In this document: positions 24,546 to 37,906 of the stretch, in pieces | Layout: each line of letters opens with the position of its first letter | Numbering within the stretch: the first letter of the stretch is position 1 | NCBI RefSeq assembly: GCF_004010195.1 | Contig: NC_057718.1 | Location: 25,944,508-26,008,507, forward strand | Reading direction: 5' to 3' | Origin: Chiloscyllium plagiosum | Taxonomy: Eukaryota | Length of the DNA stretch: 64,000 bases | The notes under the pieces: model-generated | The model's input: only the letters and a program-made list of their open reading frames with translations | Told to the model about the DNA's origin: nothing | Database searches by the model: none | Position numbers and translations under genes: made by a program

Positions 24546-26401
24546 TAGTGAGGCACTCTGTGTCTCACATATTCTTGTATTTCCTGATCTGATGACTAAG
24601 GGACCTGGAGATAAACAATAGAACAGAAAAGGATTAACTCGAAGCCACTTATTGGAGAGAATAGATTGTTGGTGTAGTTTTGGTCTAAGGAAGGGTTTTT
24701 GATTTTTATTTTGGAAGCAGTTGAATGGAGAAAACATCTCTGTCAAGCAAAGTTCATTGGATATATTGTGCTGGATAAACACCATAGAAACTTAATAACA
24801 CAAGGACTCCTTTCTTCATCTGGGATTAGCCTGGCTGAGAAGTTTGAGAGGTAGGAAGGGAGATAGTGAGTTTGAGATACAAGCCTCTGGAGATCATGAA
24901 TATTAGAAATAGGGGACTTCTAATGTCAGATGGGTTGAATGGGCAGCCCATAATGGGATAGTTTAAGGAGATTTGAAGAGACAATCTTGCTGGAGGTAGG
25001 TAAAAGGAATCTCCACCATAAATAAATCATTGAAACCGCCCTCAGTCCAATCGTCAAGTCTTCCAATTTTGGGTAAGTACTCGTCTTCAATCTTTGAGGG
25101 TGTTAGTCAAATGACTGTGGAAGGAAAGTTGAGTTAAAAACATTCGGGTTAGAATATCAGTAACTTTGTTTCTAGTATTTTTAATAACCATCATTTCACT
25201 GACTATATAAGATTTCATTTTCAGGACTCATGCCCTTTGCTTTCGGTGCAGTAAAATTATTTTGTTTTCTGGGAATCTTGTGGACTCGTTCTTTTAAAAA
25301 AAAGGCTGGACTTTTGAAAATTTAAAACAAAAATGAAACAGCTCATTGGTCTCTACCAAGATCAGAACAAACTGATCGACCTCTTTCACCAATGATGCTG
25401 AAGTCAAAACTGTAGGACTGCAAAATCAGAATCATAGTCAAAATTTGATTTCAATCCCCGTCCTCTACTAAGCCAAATATCTGTGTATTATTGGGCAGCA
25501 TACAAAGCTCCCAAAATCTCAGGGAACACAAAGTATTGAAATTATGAATCTGAAAATACAGCCTGAAGCATTCTTTTGAGTAGCTACAAAATCAAATTTT
25601 GATCTGCAAATATGTGGAAACAGAATGTCAGCATACAGGGAAAAGAGAGCAAATGATAGTTCTGCAGGGATTTTGTGCCATATGGTAATGTTGATTTGTC
25701 AGACCATTCAATGGTGCTACTGAATTCTAAAGAAGAAGCTTCAGCATTTTGTTACTGATGTAATTTTGTTTTCAATTTGAAAGAAATAACATGTCAGTTT
25801 GTAGCCCTGTTGTCTTGTTGCAAATACAGGGCAGGAAGTAGCAGCAAGATAACATTCTACAACATTTTACACATACAAAGGCAGAATATTCAGCTTAGAT
25901 GTTCCCAGAAAAAGTACTCAAAATTAAACAGCAGTCAAAGAGATGTGACAGTTCAATACATAGAATTCCAACTCAAAATCAAGAAACAGTCTCAGCCAGC
26001 TTATTTATGCCTGTTGAATTCTGAAATAAAAAAAAAAGTACCAATTCCGACTTGGCCATGCTTCAGACAATTTCAAACCATCAGTTTCAAACTAGGAACT
26101 GGATAAAAAGAAGAGAAATATGTTGGCTCCACAAGGGTGGAGTTGACTCAATAAATCTCTTGCATTTTTATTATCCCTTTAGATCAAGCCCTTGAGCTCA
26201 AAATAAAGAATGCCAGTGTGAAGGTTGTTCATAATAAAGGCTTACAAATAATGTTAAGTATGTGCTGCGCAACTGGGAACATACCTTACATAGCTGAAAG
26301 AAAACTCTTCTGTCTCACAAAGATACATCGTTTCTGAATTCTCCCTTTCTAATATTTATCCTCTATATTGCACATAAAATGGGTTGGCTGTTTAAAGAAT
26401 A

Positions 26402-26583
26402 GTTGAGAGTGTGGTGCTAGAAAAGCACAGCAGGAGAAGCGACGTTTTGGGCAAAAGCCCTTCATCAAGCTTTTGCCCGAAACGTTGATTCTGCTATACC
26501 TGGGATGCTGCCTGACCTGCTGTGCTTTTCCAGCACCACACTGTCGACTCTAATCTCCAGCATCTGCACTCCTCACTTTCTCC
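26402..26583. mobile_element. Palindromic family-A element
   Basis: Inverted arms meet at cttcatcaagcttttgcccgaaac; perfect 14-bp TSD ctgtttaaagaata at 26388-26401 and 26584-26597. Confidence 0.85.
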
Positions 26584-27246
26584 CTGTTTAAAGAATATTT
26601 GTGGTTTTTCTGGAGAAAGCAACTTTGGTAGCAGGGCTTTGGTTTCATCGCAGGCCCTTGTACTGTGTACACTCCTGCAATGCTACTCAAGGGTTTATGG
26701 AAAATGTACACTTTATTTTTGAAACAGCAAAGAGTTGGGAGCTGGTGATAATATTTTTCTTTTCTTTTTTGACATACATCGAACAGTACAACACTGAAAC
26801 AACTTTTCACAATGTTTTGTTCAGAAAAAAGTTAAAATGGAACAAATCTTTCCAGTGGCCCATTGGCTGCCACTCCAATAATTTTAGGAGATGTTTCACA
26901 ATGGGCTTGCATACTTGGCTTCACTGCAGAATTCGACATAATAGGTTTGGGAAGATATACAATGGGTGAAATGCAAGTATTATTTTATGTCAAAGCCTAA
27001 TTTATGAAACACCATTTTTCTGGACAATGGAAAGCACAAGGCATGGTCACATGATAGAAAACAAGATTGATAAAGGCGTTTCATTGTGATACATTTCTGA
27101 GAGAAACTTCAGACTTGGGGAAGAGGGAACAGACAGGTCCAGACCAGCAAAGAAAGACCCCTGTCTAAGACGCAACAAAATGCTGAAAATGGATGGTAAT
27201 CTTTACCTACTGATTTTGTAGAACAAAACCAGGCTTTCGCAATAGG

Positions 27247-27363
27247 AGAAAGTGAGGACTGCAGATGCTGGAGATCAGAGATGGAAATGTGTTGCTGGAA
27301 AAGCGCAGCAGGTCAGGCAGCATCTAGGGAACAGGAGAATCGACGTTTCGGGCATTAGCCCTT
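27247..27363 (-). mobile_element. Single-arm family-A element truncated inside the hammerhead-like core
   Basis: Perfect 13-bp TSD ctttcgcaatagg at 27234-27246 and 27364-27376. Confidence 0.85.
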
Positions 27364-28129
27364 CTTTCGCAATAGGGTCAACTGCAACTTGACTGGAATA
27401 AAACCAGAAATCTGTAACTTTAAGTAGTAAGCCACTTCAAATCCATCATCAGAATCGTCTGACCTCGATTTCTCCACTAAATCACATAGAAATCTCAGGC
27501 CTACAATGTTTCTCATCTCCAGCTCAAAAGAATCAAGAAAGATAGTAAGATTTTTGGACTCTTAAGATTTACCATGCTACCTGTAATCACCTTTGTTTTA
27601 TGAGTGCCTGGATGTGTATACTTTGAATGGCTACTATTATGAAAATATTCAAGTGTTCATTTCTAAAGATTTACCAATGTTCAACACTTTGAAGAAAATC
27701 CTTTTTTTCTGCTCTTGAGAGTTACAGCATTCGATGAGTTAAAGCACTCTTTCTGCTATTTAGAGATTATCGATCTCCAGTCAGTTGAAGGGGGAAAAAA
27801 AACGAAGAGGAACCATCCAACCACCCCAACTGCCGCCAACAGAGGGAACTGTTCCTTCATTGCTCACCTAGAGCAATGTATTTTGCACTCTACTCAAAGT
27901 AACAAAATAATTCTTAAGAGGAAAACAATGTTCTGGGGAACCTCAGCAAGTTTGGAAACATATGAGCAGAGACAAACAGATTTAACAATTCATCTTCATC
28001 ATGACTTTTTGTGATGTGCTGCCAGTCTGACCAACTCTGCCATGCTCTTGCTGAGAAAGCCAGGTTAAAGCCTGTCTGAAGTACTCTGCACACTGTGTAA
28101 AGTATCAAGCCTACATCATATAGGTTAAG

Positions 28130-28660
28130 AAAGAAAGCACAAACACTTATTTACATACTGGATGACCGCTTTGTGGAACACCTATGTTGTGTCTGCAAAA
28201 AAGACCCTGAATTTCCAGTTGCCTGCCACTTTAAAACATCACCCTTTTTTCCTGGAAGAAGTGCAAGCTGGAAGAACAGCACCTCATTTTCCACTTGGGA
28301 ATGCTGCAGCCTTCTAGATTCAATGGCAAGTTCAACAATTTTATGGCTCGAAGCATTTTCTCCCATGTCCTTACCCCAGCCCCTACACACCAGTCCTTGT
28401 TATTACATGATCTGCTATTGTTAGCTCCTAGTTGTCCCCATGCATAGCCATTCACCGTCCCAGCCAGATCTTTATCCACGCCTATGTCTATCCAACTGTT
28501 CTTCTCTCTATTTGTGCTCTATCTCCACCTATTGTTACTCTTTACCTCCTCCTTGCCACCACCCTCGACTCCATGGAATCCAACCTTTTCTTAGCTACCA
28601 TCAGTTCTGAGGAAGGGTCACTGGACCTGAAAAGTTTTCCAGCAATTGCTGTTTTTGTTT
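28130..28660 (+). mobile_element. Penelope-like 3' fragment with GIY-YIG endonuclease remnant
   Basis: DDRFVEHLCCVCKKDPEFPVACHF and KLEEQHLIFHLGMLQP, followed by ctgaggaagggtcactggacctgaaa. Confidence 0.75.
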
Positions 28661-28661
28661 A

Positions 28662-28925
28662 TTATTTATAAAATGCCTTTTCATGATCACTGGATATGTT
28701 GAAGCATTTATAGCCAATTAAATGCCTTTTAACATGTGACAACTGTTATGGCACAGGAAATACAGCTGCTAATTTGCATTCCTTAAACTCCCACAAATGT
28801 TAATGTTATAATGGCCAGATAATCTGTTCTGTGATATTGATTGAGAGATAGGATACCAGAGGTAACTTCCTGCCTCTTCTGTCAAATAGTGCAATGACAT
28901 CTTTAACCCACCCATGCAGCAGACG
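28662..28925 (-). mobile_element. Deu-domain SINE fragment
   Basis: Reverse complement of Deu motifs (cagattatctggccattat, tttgtgggag, ttggctataaatgctt). Confidence 0.65.
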
Positions 28926-29334
28926 GAATGGGATAAATGGATAGAGAAATGGCCAAATGAAAATCTCATTGAGAACAGGGTTGGCTTTTGTTGACATCAA
29001 TGTTGAATAATATGGAACTGAGCCTCATAATTTAGGAATATATGTGAATTGATAACAGATCTGAAGTGCTTTTACGTTGAGTGTCCAACTAGATACAGAT
29101 TGCAGTCTTTACTCCAACAGCTGCATCAAAAGTCCTGTGAGGTGCAAAACTTTCTCTATCTAAATGCAACAAGGTCATTGACAAGACTGCTGTAACTTGC
29201 TCATGGCCAGTGAGTCAATGTGACCAAAACATAGTCTGCCTGAACCTTATCCAGAGACTCCATCTGAGAAGCGTCCACAAGGTATTGGGTATGGATAAGA
29301 TAAATCACCTCGGTGATGCCCCTTGGTCAAATGG

Positions 29335-29470
29335 GTTAGAAATTACTAGAGAATCTCAGCATCTGTGGAGAGAACATAGGGCAAACGTCTCAAGAAGAGT
29401 CAACTCTGTTTTCTAATCACAGATGTTGCCAGACCTGCTGGGTTTCTCCAGCAATTTCAGTTTTTGTTTT
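29335..29470. mobile_element. Degenerate palindromic family-C Penelope fragment
   Basis: cagcatctgtggagaga / tcacagatgttgccagacctgctgggtttctccagcaa. Confidence 0.5.
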
Positions 29471-29924
29471 AGCTTTGCGTCTGTAGTTTATTCCTGGGTT
29501 ACCACTGAATGTGATGCCTTGAATGAAGTACTGGAAGCTGGAATGTTCCTGTGAAAATTGTTGCATAGACAGTTAGTGCCCATAAATAGCACAAGGTAAA
29601 CCACATAGATTGGGACATAAAAGACTGGTCATGGAAGGAGCTAACCGGCTCTGTGTTTTTTACCAAAGCTGAATAAGGATGTTTCAGAGCAGGAATGTGA
29701 ACTTGCTCTTAAATTGAGCATAAGATCTCGCAAGTGACTAGCTATAAACTAATATATATTCGTCCTATTTACTATTCACAAAGATTGAGCCTATCTTCTG
29801 CCAAAGACTTCACATGGACTTCTTTCCTCAGCTGGTATCAGTAGCTTGGATTAATACTGGCAAGAGTGAAACTAACCATAGCTTCTCAAACTCACCTTAA
29901 AATCATAAAACCATAAATCATAAA

Positions 29925-30420
29925 ATCAGTTCTGGTCGCCATGCTATAGGAAGGATGTTACCAAACTGGATTTACAAGGATTTTACCGAGACTGGAAGGT
30001 TTGAGTTATAAGGAGAGGCTGGACTATTTTCCCTGAAATTTCGGAGGCTGAGGGGTGACCTTATCGAGGATTATAAAATCATGAGGGGCATGGATAGAGT
30101 GAAGAGCCAAGGTCTTTTCTGTGGGGTGGGGAATCCAAAACTAGAGATACAGGTTTAGGGTGAAAGGGGAAAGATTTAAAAGGAACCTGAGGGACAACCT
30201 TATCACACAGAGGGAGATGCATAAATGGAATGAGCTGCCAGAGGAAGTGGTAGAGGCGTTTACAATTACAACATTGAAAAGACATTTGGACATGGAAAAG
30301 AAAGATTTAGAGTGACATGGGCCAAATGCAGCATTTGGGACAAGTTCACTTGAGTAAACCTCATTGGTATGGACGAGTTGGGCTGAAAGGTTTGTTTCCA
30401 TGCTGTGTGACTCTATTGCT
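29925..30420 (+). mobile_element. CR1 3' fragment
   Basis: QFWSPCYRKDV...RLRGDLIEDYKIMRGMDRV; HER1-like 3' UTR. Confidence 0.85.
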
Positions 30421-30481
30421 CTATTAAATCTTATCCCAGTGCAGGTCAGGTAAAAAGAATTATAGTTTGTTTTCCAATACG

Positions 30482-31576
30482 TGTGACCAGTGGTGTGCCA
30501 CAAGGATTGGCGTTGGGTCCACTACTTTTTGTCATTTATATAAATGAATTGGGTGTGATCATAGGAGGTATAGTAAGTTTGCAGATGACACTAAAATTGG
30601 AGGTGTAGTGGACAGTGAAGAAGGTTACCTCAAAGTACAACAGGATCTTGATCAGGTGGGTCAATGGGCTAAGGAGTAGCAGGTGAGTTTAGTTTAGATA
30701 AATGTGAGGTGCTGTGTTTCAGAAAGGCAAATCAGAGCAGGACTTACACATTTAATGGGAAGGTCCTAGGGAGTGTTGCTGAACAAGAGACTTTGGACTG
30801 CAGGGTCATAGTTCCTTGAAAGTAGAGTGCTAGATAGATAGGATAGTGAAGAAGGGGTTTGGTATACTTTCCTTTATTGGTGACAGCATTGAGTATAGGA
30901 GTTGGGAGGTCATGTTGAGGCTGTACAGGACATTGGTTAGGCCAATTTTGGGATGTTGCGTGTAATTCTGATCTTCCTCCTATCAGAAGGATGTTGTGAA
31001 ACTTGAAAGGGTTCAGAAAAGATTTATCAGGATGTTGCCTGGGTTGGAAGATTTGAGCTAAAGAGAGAGGCTGAACAGGCTGGGACTGTTTTCTCTGGAG
31101 CATTGGAGGCTGAAGGGTGACCTTACAGAGGTTTATAAAATTATGAGGGGCATAGATAGGATAAATAGACAAAGTCTTTTCCCTAGGTTGGGGGAGTCCA
31201 GAGCAAGAGGGCATAGGTTTAGGGTGAGAGGGAAAAAATTTAATAGGTATCTAAGGGGCAACTTTTTCACACAGAGGGTGGTGCGTGTGTGGAATGAGCA
31301 GCCAGAGGAAGTGGTGGAGGCTGGTACAATTACAACACTTAAAAGGCTTTTGGATGGGTATATGAATAGGAAAGATTTAGAGGGATATGGGCCAAGTGCT
31401 GGCAAATGAGACAAGATTGGGTTAGATTAATCACTGTCACGGGGCCAGCATCGTGCTGGGGATAATCACTGTCACAGTGCAGGCACCATGTTGGAGATAA
31501 TCACTGTCACAGTGTGGGCATGGACGAATTGACTAACGTGTCTATTTCCGTGCTGTACATTTCTATGACTCTATGA
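30482..31576 (+). mobile_element. CR1/HER1 3' fragment
   Basis: [28 protein letters not shown]; tail tctatgactctatga. Confidence 0.9.
31426..31520. repeat. Three-copy 35-bp tandem repeat within the CR1 3' UTR
   Basis: taatcactgtcac at 31428, 31463 and 31498. Confidence 0.8.
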
Positions 31577-32019
31577 CATGTCTCCAATTTTTCTGGCACC
31601 ATAGAAACAGCACTTCTATATACAGCCAGTCACAATGAGTTTAGATTGATGTCCTGGAGTTATTCACTCGTTAGCCTTTGAGATAATATCAAACATTTAG
31701 TTTCCTTCTTCTTAATGCCTTAGATGTAGTAATTCTTTTAATGTGGGGGTTAAACACATCAAGAAACGAATATGCTGAAAAATTATAACATGGAAAAAGT
31801 GGGTTAAAGACTGAATGTCAATTCCCAGTGTGTCAGTACAAAATATAGTCTCTGCTCCATTAAACAGTGTCTTTGAACATAGTAAGGATTGCTAAAGGAA
31901 CTGCTGTGTTTGTTGTAACATAAAATGTCAAATGTTCATGGACCATGTTTGGATTCTACACATACAATCCAGTTCTTTTCTGGATTGACGAGAGTAAAAT
32001 GTTAGACACTAATTGTGAG

Positions 32020-32350
32020 ATGGCACGGTGGCTCAGTGGTTAGCACTAATACCTCCTAATGCTAGGGACCTGGGTTTGATTCCACCTTCAGGTGACTGCT
32101 TGTGTGGAATTTGCACATTCTCCTCATGTCCGTGTGGGTTTCCTCTGGGTAGTCTGGTTTCCTCCCACAGTCCAAAGATGTAGAGATTAGATGGATTGGC
32201 CATGTTTAAGTGTCTAGGGATGTGCAAGCTAGGGGGATTAGCCATGGGAAATGCAGGGGTACAACATGGGTTGGGATGCTCTTCAGAAGGGCAGTGTGGA
32301 CTTGATGCACTGAATGGCCTGCTTCTGTGGTGTAGGGATTCTCTGATGAT
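32020..32350 (+). mobile_element. HE1-like SINE
   Basis: tggcacggtggctcagtggttagcact...ggtttgattcc...gtgtagggattctctgat. Confidence 0.8.
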
Positions 32351-32924
32351 TCTACATTGAGTAAAGTTGCAAATAATGAATAAATTCTCACAATTTTTAA
32401 TTGTGAATTTAATTTCAATTCACTTTCTTTTGAACTGAAATGAATTCCGTTTGGAAAATACCAGCTTCTTTTCATTTGCTTTAGTGTAATTTTAATTCTT
32501 TGGATTTGTATTACAGTAGCCCAATGTAAACATCTCCTGCTGTACAAAGCAATTTTAGTTGCAGTTTGAGTACAGAGTGATGCATAATGCAGACGTTATG
32601 AGGACTATTTATATGTTAATTTGGACTAAAATTAAATGTCAGCAAGATGCTGGAAGATAAGTGAGTAGATGCCCAAATTGAAGTTCAATATTACTGATTA
32701 ACAGGCATCTGAGACCCTTGGGGTTTGCTTCTGACTCGTCTTCCACTTTGTAACAGCGTGCAAACAGAAATGTCAATGAAGTAAATGCAGTCTGTCTTGA
32801 AACAGTACTTTCCCACTTTCACTGGCACTTCACAAGCCCACTGGAAATGAAAACCAGATATATCCCCATTTCTAGTGAAGCCAGCTAATTAAATGTGTCT
32901 GAGCTCAAGGAGTTAAAATACAGG

Positions 32925-33385
32925 GGGTTGGGGTCACTCAGTTGGCTGGTTTGCAACACAATGTTACACCAACAGTGTTGGTTCAGTTCCCGCACCAGCT
33001 GAGGAATTCTCCATCGCAACCTCTCCCCTCATTTTGAGATGTAGTGACCCTCAGGTTAAACTACCACCAGTCATGTCTCTCAAATGAGAGAGCACCTTAT
33101 GGTCTGGTAAGACTGTGGTAAAGGCAAGGACTGCAGATACTGGAAACCAGAGTATAGATATGAGTGGTGCTGGAAAAGCAAAGCAGGTCAAGCAGCATCC
33201 GAGGAGCAGGGAAATCGACGTTTCGGGCAAAAACCCTTCATCAGGAATAGAGGCAGGGTGCCTCTACTCCTGATGAAGGGCTTTTGCCTGAAACGCCGAT
33301 TTTCCTGCTCCTCGGATGCTGCTTGACCTGCTGTACTTTTCCAGCACCACTCATATCTAGACTCTGGTAAGGCTGTGTCAACATT
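32925..33385 (+). mobile_element. tRNA-like SINE interrupted near its 3' end by the palindromic element
   Basis: ctcagttggctgg...ggttcagttcccgcaccagctgagg...gtgaccctcaggttaaactaccaccag. Confidence 0.5.
33118..33368. mobile_element. Best-preserved palindromic family-A element (arms about 110 bp)
   Basis: accagagtatagatatgagtggtgctggaaaag...tcaggaatagaggca ggg tgcctctactcctga...cttttccagcaccactcatatctagactctggt; TSD tctggtaag(a/g)ctgtg at 33103-33117 and 33363-33377. Confidence 0.9.
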
Positions 33386-33917
33386 TAATTAAAATACCCA
33401 GCCTGCCAAAGTCAGCTCCAGGTTTAAAATCCACTGAAACTGAGCTGGCAAGACTCGTTACTTGAAAATAAATCATATGCTATACCCAGATGCATTGTAA
33501 GGTGAGAAGTTTTGTCATCTTAGTTTGTGACAGCAACATCCCAGGCTTCCTGGTGAATTAGAGTGAACACACAAAAGCTTTATACTTTGTTTAAAAAATT
33601 CTGACAAGAGCTGGTTTCTGAACCCATAAAGTGGGAATTTGAGCATTTTATTTTGCACCTTTTTTGCCCAGCAAGAGTTCTCTTTACAAAAAGAAGGGGT
33701 ACCTGGAGGCCACTATTTGCAGTCATGGTGTGTATGTAATGAAACTTTCACCAAAAGTCAAAGAGTGATTTTGTGGCATTCTGTAACAAACCACGTATTT
33801 TGCCTTTTTGGACTATAAACAGGAAAATCAAAGTTGGATACTGCTACATCACTTAACAAAGTGCCAAGAGAAGTTTATCTTTCTGTAACTTGAAGGTCAA
33901 ATGGGATTGTGTGGTGT

Positions 33918-35057
33918 AGAGTCATAGAGATGTACAGCATGGAAACAGACCCTTCGCTGCAACCCATCCATGCCGACCAGATATCCCAACCCAATCAAGT
34001 CCCACCTGCCAGCACCTGGCCCATATCCCTCCAAACCCTTCCTATTCATATACCCATCCAAATGCCTCTTAAATGCTGCAATTGTACAAGCCTCCACCAC
34101 ATCCCTTGGCAGCTCACTCCATACACCTACCACTCTAAAGACTTTGCCTCTTTATCCTATCCATGCCCCTCATAATTTTGTAAGCCTCTATAAGGTCACC
34201 CCTCAGCCTCTGACGCTCCAGAGAAAACAGCCCCAGCCTGTTCAGCCTCTCCCTGTAGCTCAGATCCTCCAACCCTGGCAACATCCTTGTAAATCTTTTC
34301 TGAACCCGTTCAAGTTTCACAACATATTTCCAATTGGAAGGAGACCAGAACTGCAATATTCCAACAGTGGCCTAACCAATGTCCACAACATGACCTCCCA
34401 ACTTGTGTACTCAATACTCTGACCAATAAAGGAAAGCATACCAAACACCTTCTTCACTATCCTATCTACCTGTGACTCCACTTTCAAGGAGCTATGAACC
34501 TGCACTCCAAGGTCTCTTTGTTCAGCAACACTCCCTAGGACCTTACCATTAAGTGTATAAGTCCTGCTATGTCCAGATCCTGTTGTAATCTGAGGTAACC
34601 CTCTTCGCTGTCCACTACACCTCGAAGTTTGGTGTCATCTGCAAATTTACTAACTGTACCTTTTATACTCGCATCTAAATCATTTATGTAAATGACAAGA
34701 CGTAGAGGGCCCAGCACCGATCCTTGTGGCACTCCACTGGTCACAGGCCTCCAGTCTGAAAAACAACTCTCCACCACCACCCTCTGTCTTCTACCTTTGA
34801 GCCAGTTCTGTATCCAAATGGCTAGTTCTCCCTGTATTCCATGAGATCTAACCTTGCTAATCAGTCTTCCATGGGGAACCTTGTCGAACGCCTTACTGAA
34901 GTCCATATAGATCACATCTACTGCTCTGCCCTCATTAATCTTCTTTGTTACTTCTTCAAAAAACTCAATCAAGTTTGTGAGACATGATTTCCCACGCACA
35001 AAGCCATGTTGACTTTCCCGAATCAGTCCTTGCCTTTCCAAATACATGTACATCCTG
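33918..35057 (-). mobile_element. CR1/HER1 fragment with internal deletions
   Basis: ORF 34535-35053: [32 protein letters not shown]. Confidence 0.92.
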
Positions 35058-35339
35058 TACTCTTTAGCTATGTAAGATTATGGGCTGAATTTTACCAAAA
35101 AAATGACTAAATATCAATTTGGGAGTAGTTGCATTTGGAGGGTTCTCTCCATGAGCTCTAATGAGTTACTTCACACAGCTCTCACAAACGTTCATGATTT
35201 TGTTTACACCTTGCCTTTATGATACTCTGCTTGAGCTCACCATTGTGGAAGTAGTCACCACAGCCGGCTCCTCCCAGGATTCCCAGAGTCATAATTAAAG
35301 CACAGCCATGCACCAGGTCAAAAACCACCTGCATTTTAA

Positions 35340-35880
35340 ATCTCCATCCCTGGTCGATGAACTGAAACACTGTACTCCATTTGTGTCGGTATACCCACAA
35401 TGCCATTACGGAGGGAATTCCAAGAAATTGACCCAGCATCACTGAAGGAAAAGCAATTTATATCTGAGTCAGGACATTGAATGTGTGAAGGGGAGCTTGC
35501 AAACACTGATGTTCCCATGTGTTTACTATCCCTGCCCTTCTAGATGGCAGTGTTTGTGGGTTTAGAAGGTGCTGTCTCAAGACCTTTGGTGAATTTCTAA
35601 TATGCATCAGCAGAGGAAGGTCTGAATCTTTATACATGTGGTGCCAACCAAGCAGACTGCTCTGTCCCTGAATGGTGTCCAGCTCCTTGAATATTGTTGG
35701 AGCTGCACTCATCCAGGCAAGTGGGGGGTATTCCAGCACAGTCCTGACTTGTGCCTTGTGGATTGGGGATTGAGTTACTTGCTGCAGGATTCCTAGCCTC
35801 TGACCTGCTTTTGTTGCCACAGTATTTCTGTGGCTAGTCCAGTCCAGGTTCTGGGCAATGGTAAATAAACTCCTGGATGT
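35340..35880 (-). mobile_element. Non-LTR retrotransposon 3' fragment of a different clade (RTE-X-like, tentative)
   Basis: WTSHRNTVATKAGQRLGILQ...HKAQVRTVLEYPPLAWMSAAPTIFKELDTIQ. Confidence 0.65.
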
Positions 35881-37419
35881 GGGTGTGGTCAAGTTACCAC
35901 AGGCCCAGGATTGACCCACAACCAGAAAAAACTGGGCCTGACAGAAATTGGGCCAAACTGAATTAAATAGCAGCCAACAGTATTAGCAACACAGAGCAGT
36001 GGAAACCAAGGTCAGAGGTCACAAAGGCTCAAGGGAACCAGTTATAATCAGCCTGAAGATTTTGAATTGGAGAAGTGTGGATCAGACTTTCTGGTAGCTT
36101 GATCCAACTAGCCCCCGAGGACTTTACACCTCCTTGGCATGGCAAGAGTGAAGAGTGTTGGCATGACCCCACTGGATGCTTTGTACCCTGCTCATGACCG
36201 CATTGGCCAAAGGCCACAGAGTGTTTGGGAAGATCTGTGATGAGGGGGATAAAACACAAACCTGGAAGCCACCCCCTTGGTGAAGACTTGCAGCAAGATT
36301 CGGGGGGTGGAAGACCATGTGGCAACTCAAAGACCCAGGAGAAGATCTGCCCTAACCTGTAGGTCCCACCTTCTTGGAAGAGAGGAAGGAGATCCCAACT
36401 GCCCACATCAAACACAGGAATCGTTTTGAGTTATATCATTTCTCAAACAGATAGAGCAAAATAGTCAGAAAATATTGTGTGAATTTGGGGAATATTCACA
36501 TTGTGTTTTTAATAAGGAATATTTTGTTAATAAAATCACATTAAATCACAAACTGAATTCTGCGTCTCTTTGTTCACCTCAGTGACAAGTGCGCTTTGGT
36601 AAAGTCTTTTTAATAAAGAAATTGATTGAAGTGTCGAAAGCACGGACAGCATGAAAATTCACTGATGGCAATGCCATCAAATGCACTTTATAGTCAAGGA
36701 AAAGAAGCAAAAGAAAAGAAAAACCTCTGAAGATAGATAAGTGGTATGGGTGATACTGCATTGCAAATGCAAGTTCATATTTGTAAATATATTGCCATTT
36801 TGCAACTTCCATTGCAACTGCAGCCAGAAGAATGAAGCACCACAGGCTATCTATCCTCAATGCCAAACCATGTAAAACTATCTAACAGTCCTACCTTTTC
36901 CATCATCCCCAGTGTAACACAGCATTTTCTCATTTTTTCAGTGTGGCACTATCACATGCTGGGAAATATTCTAACAGTTAAAAATGTTATCTTTTATTGA
37001 ACAACAGCAAATGCAATGAGTAAAAAACAAACAAACAAATAAACACAAAAACTTCTGGGAACAGCTCACTGCTCAAGAAACAACAAATTTGCAGTCAATG
37101 TGCCCGGCTCACATCCATTGGAACTGAGTATCTGGATTGTTGTGCCCAATGCTGCACTGCCTTGTCATTGCTGAACGTGAGCTTCCTTCCGCTTAACATC
37201 CTTAACCTCCTTTTCTGGCTTATCAGCTTCTACCACGTGTAGCTGTGCGTGGGAATATGTGGCACACTTCGACAGGACTGTACTGCATGGTTGCCCCAGG
37301 CTGATGCAAACAGCTTAACCTCAGCTTCTGCAGGCCCATCAGTTGTTCCACAATGGCCCGGGTCAAAGAATAGAATACATTGTACCTCTCCAGGGCCTCA
37401 GTTGGGTAATGGAATCATC

Positions 37420-37528
37420 TGATGAAGGGCTTTTGCTGAAGCCCTCGGATGCTGCCTGAATTGCTGTGCTCTTCCAGAACCATTGATCCAGAATCTGGTT
37501 TCCAGCATCTGCAGTCATTGTTTTTACC
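37420..37528 (+). mobile_element. Family-A-like insert in the Harbinger relic
   Basis: Begins at (c)tgatgaagggc; TSD taatggaatcatc at 37407-37419 and 37529-37541. Confidence 0.8.
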
Positions 37529-37906
37529 TAATGGAATCATCAGCCATGTTTACAGAGGGTAGCCCATGTCTCCAGGTGACCATCGTTGTGAGGCATCCAA
37601 CCCTCGAAACAAATCAGGAATATTGGAGCCCTCAAGATGATGGGCATCACGGCAACCTCTAGGCAGACTTCTAAGATATGGTACTGATGATCATAGATGA
37701 CTTGTACAGTTCTGGAATGGAGCCCTTTTCTAGTAATAATATGGAATTCTCAACACAGCTTGTATGGTCTATGGTCTATGGCCTACGCTGACTGGAAGTG
37801 AGCACTGTTAGTAAAGTCTATAACGTTGATCTTGTCATGGGGAAATAAGTTGAAACAGAGTGATCAGGCACACATTTGCATCAGTAAAAGCCTTGATATA
37901 TCCATG

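Noticed and set aside
31426..31520. CRISPR-like look (short palindromic repeats with spacers) and RSS heptamer CACAGTG
   Set aside because: Only three units, the spacers resemble each other, no cas genes, vertebrate context; no RSS nonamer at 12 or 23 bp
36029..36415. 128-aa ORF
   Set aside because: No motif I recognise on either strand and no convincing splice signals; left unassigned
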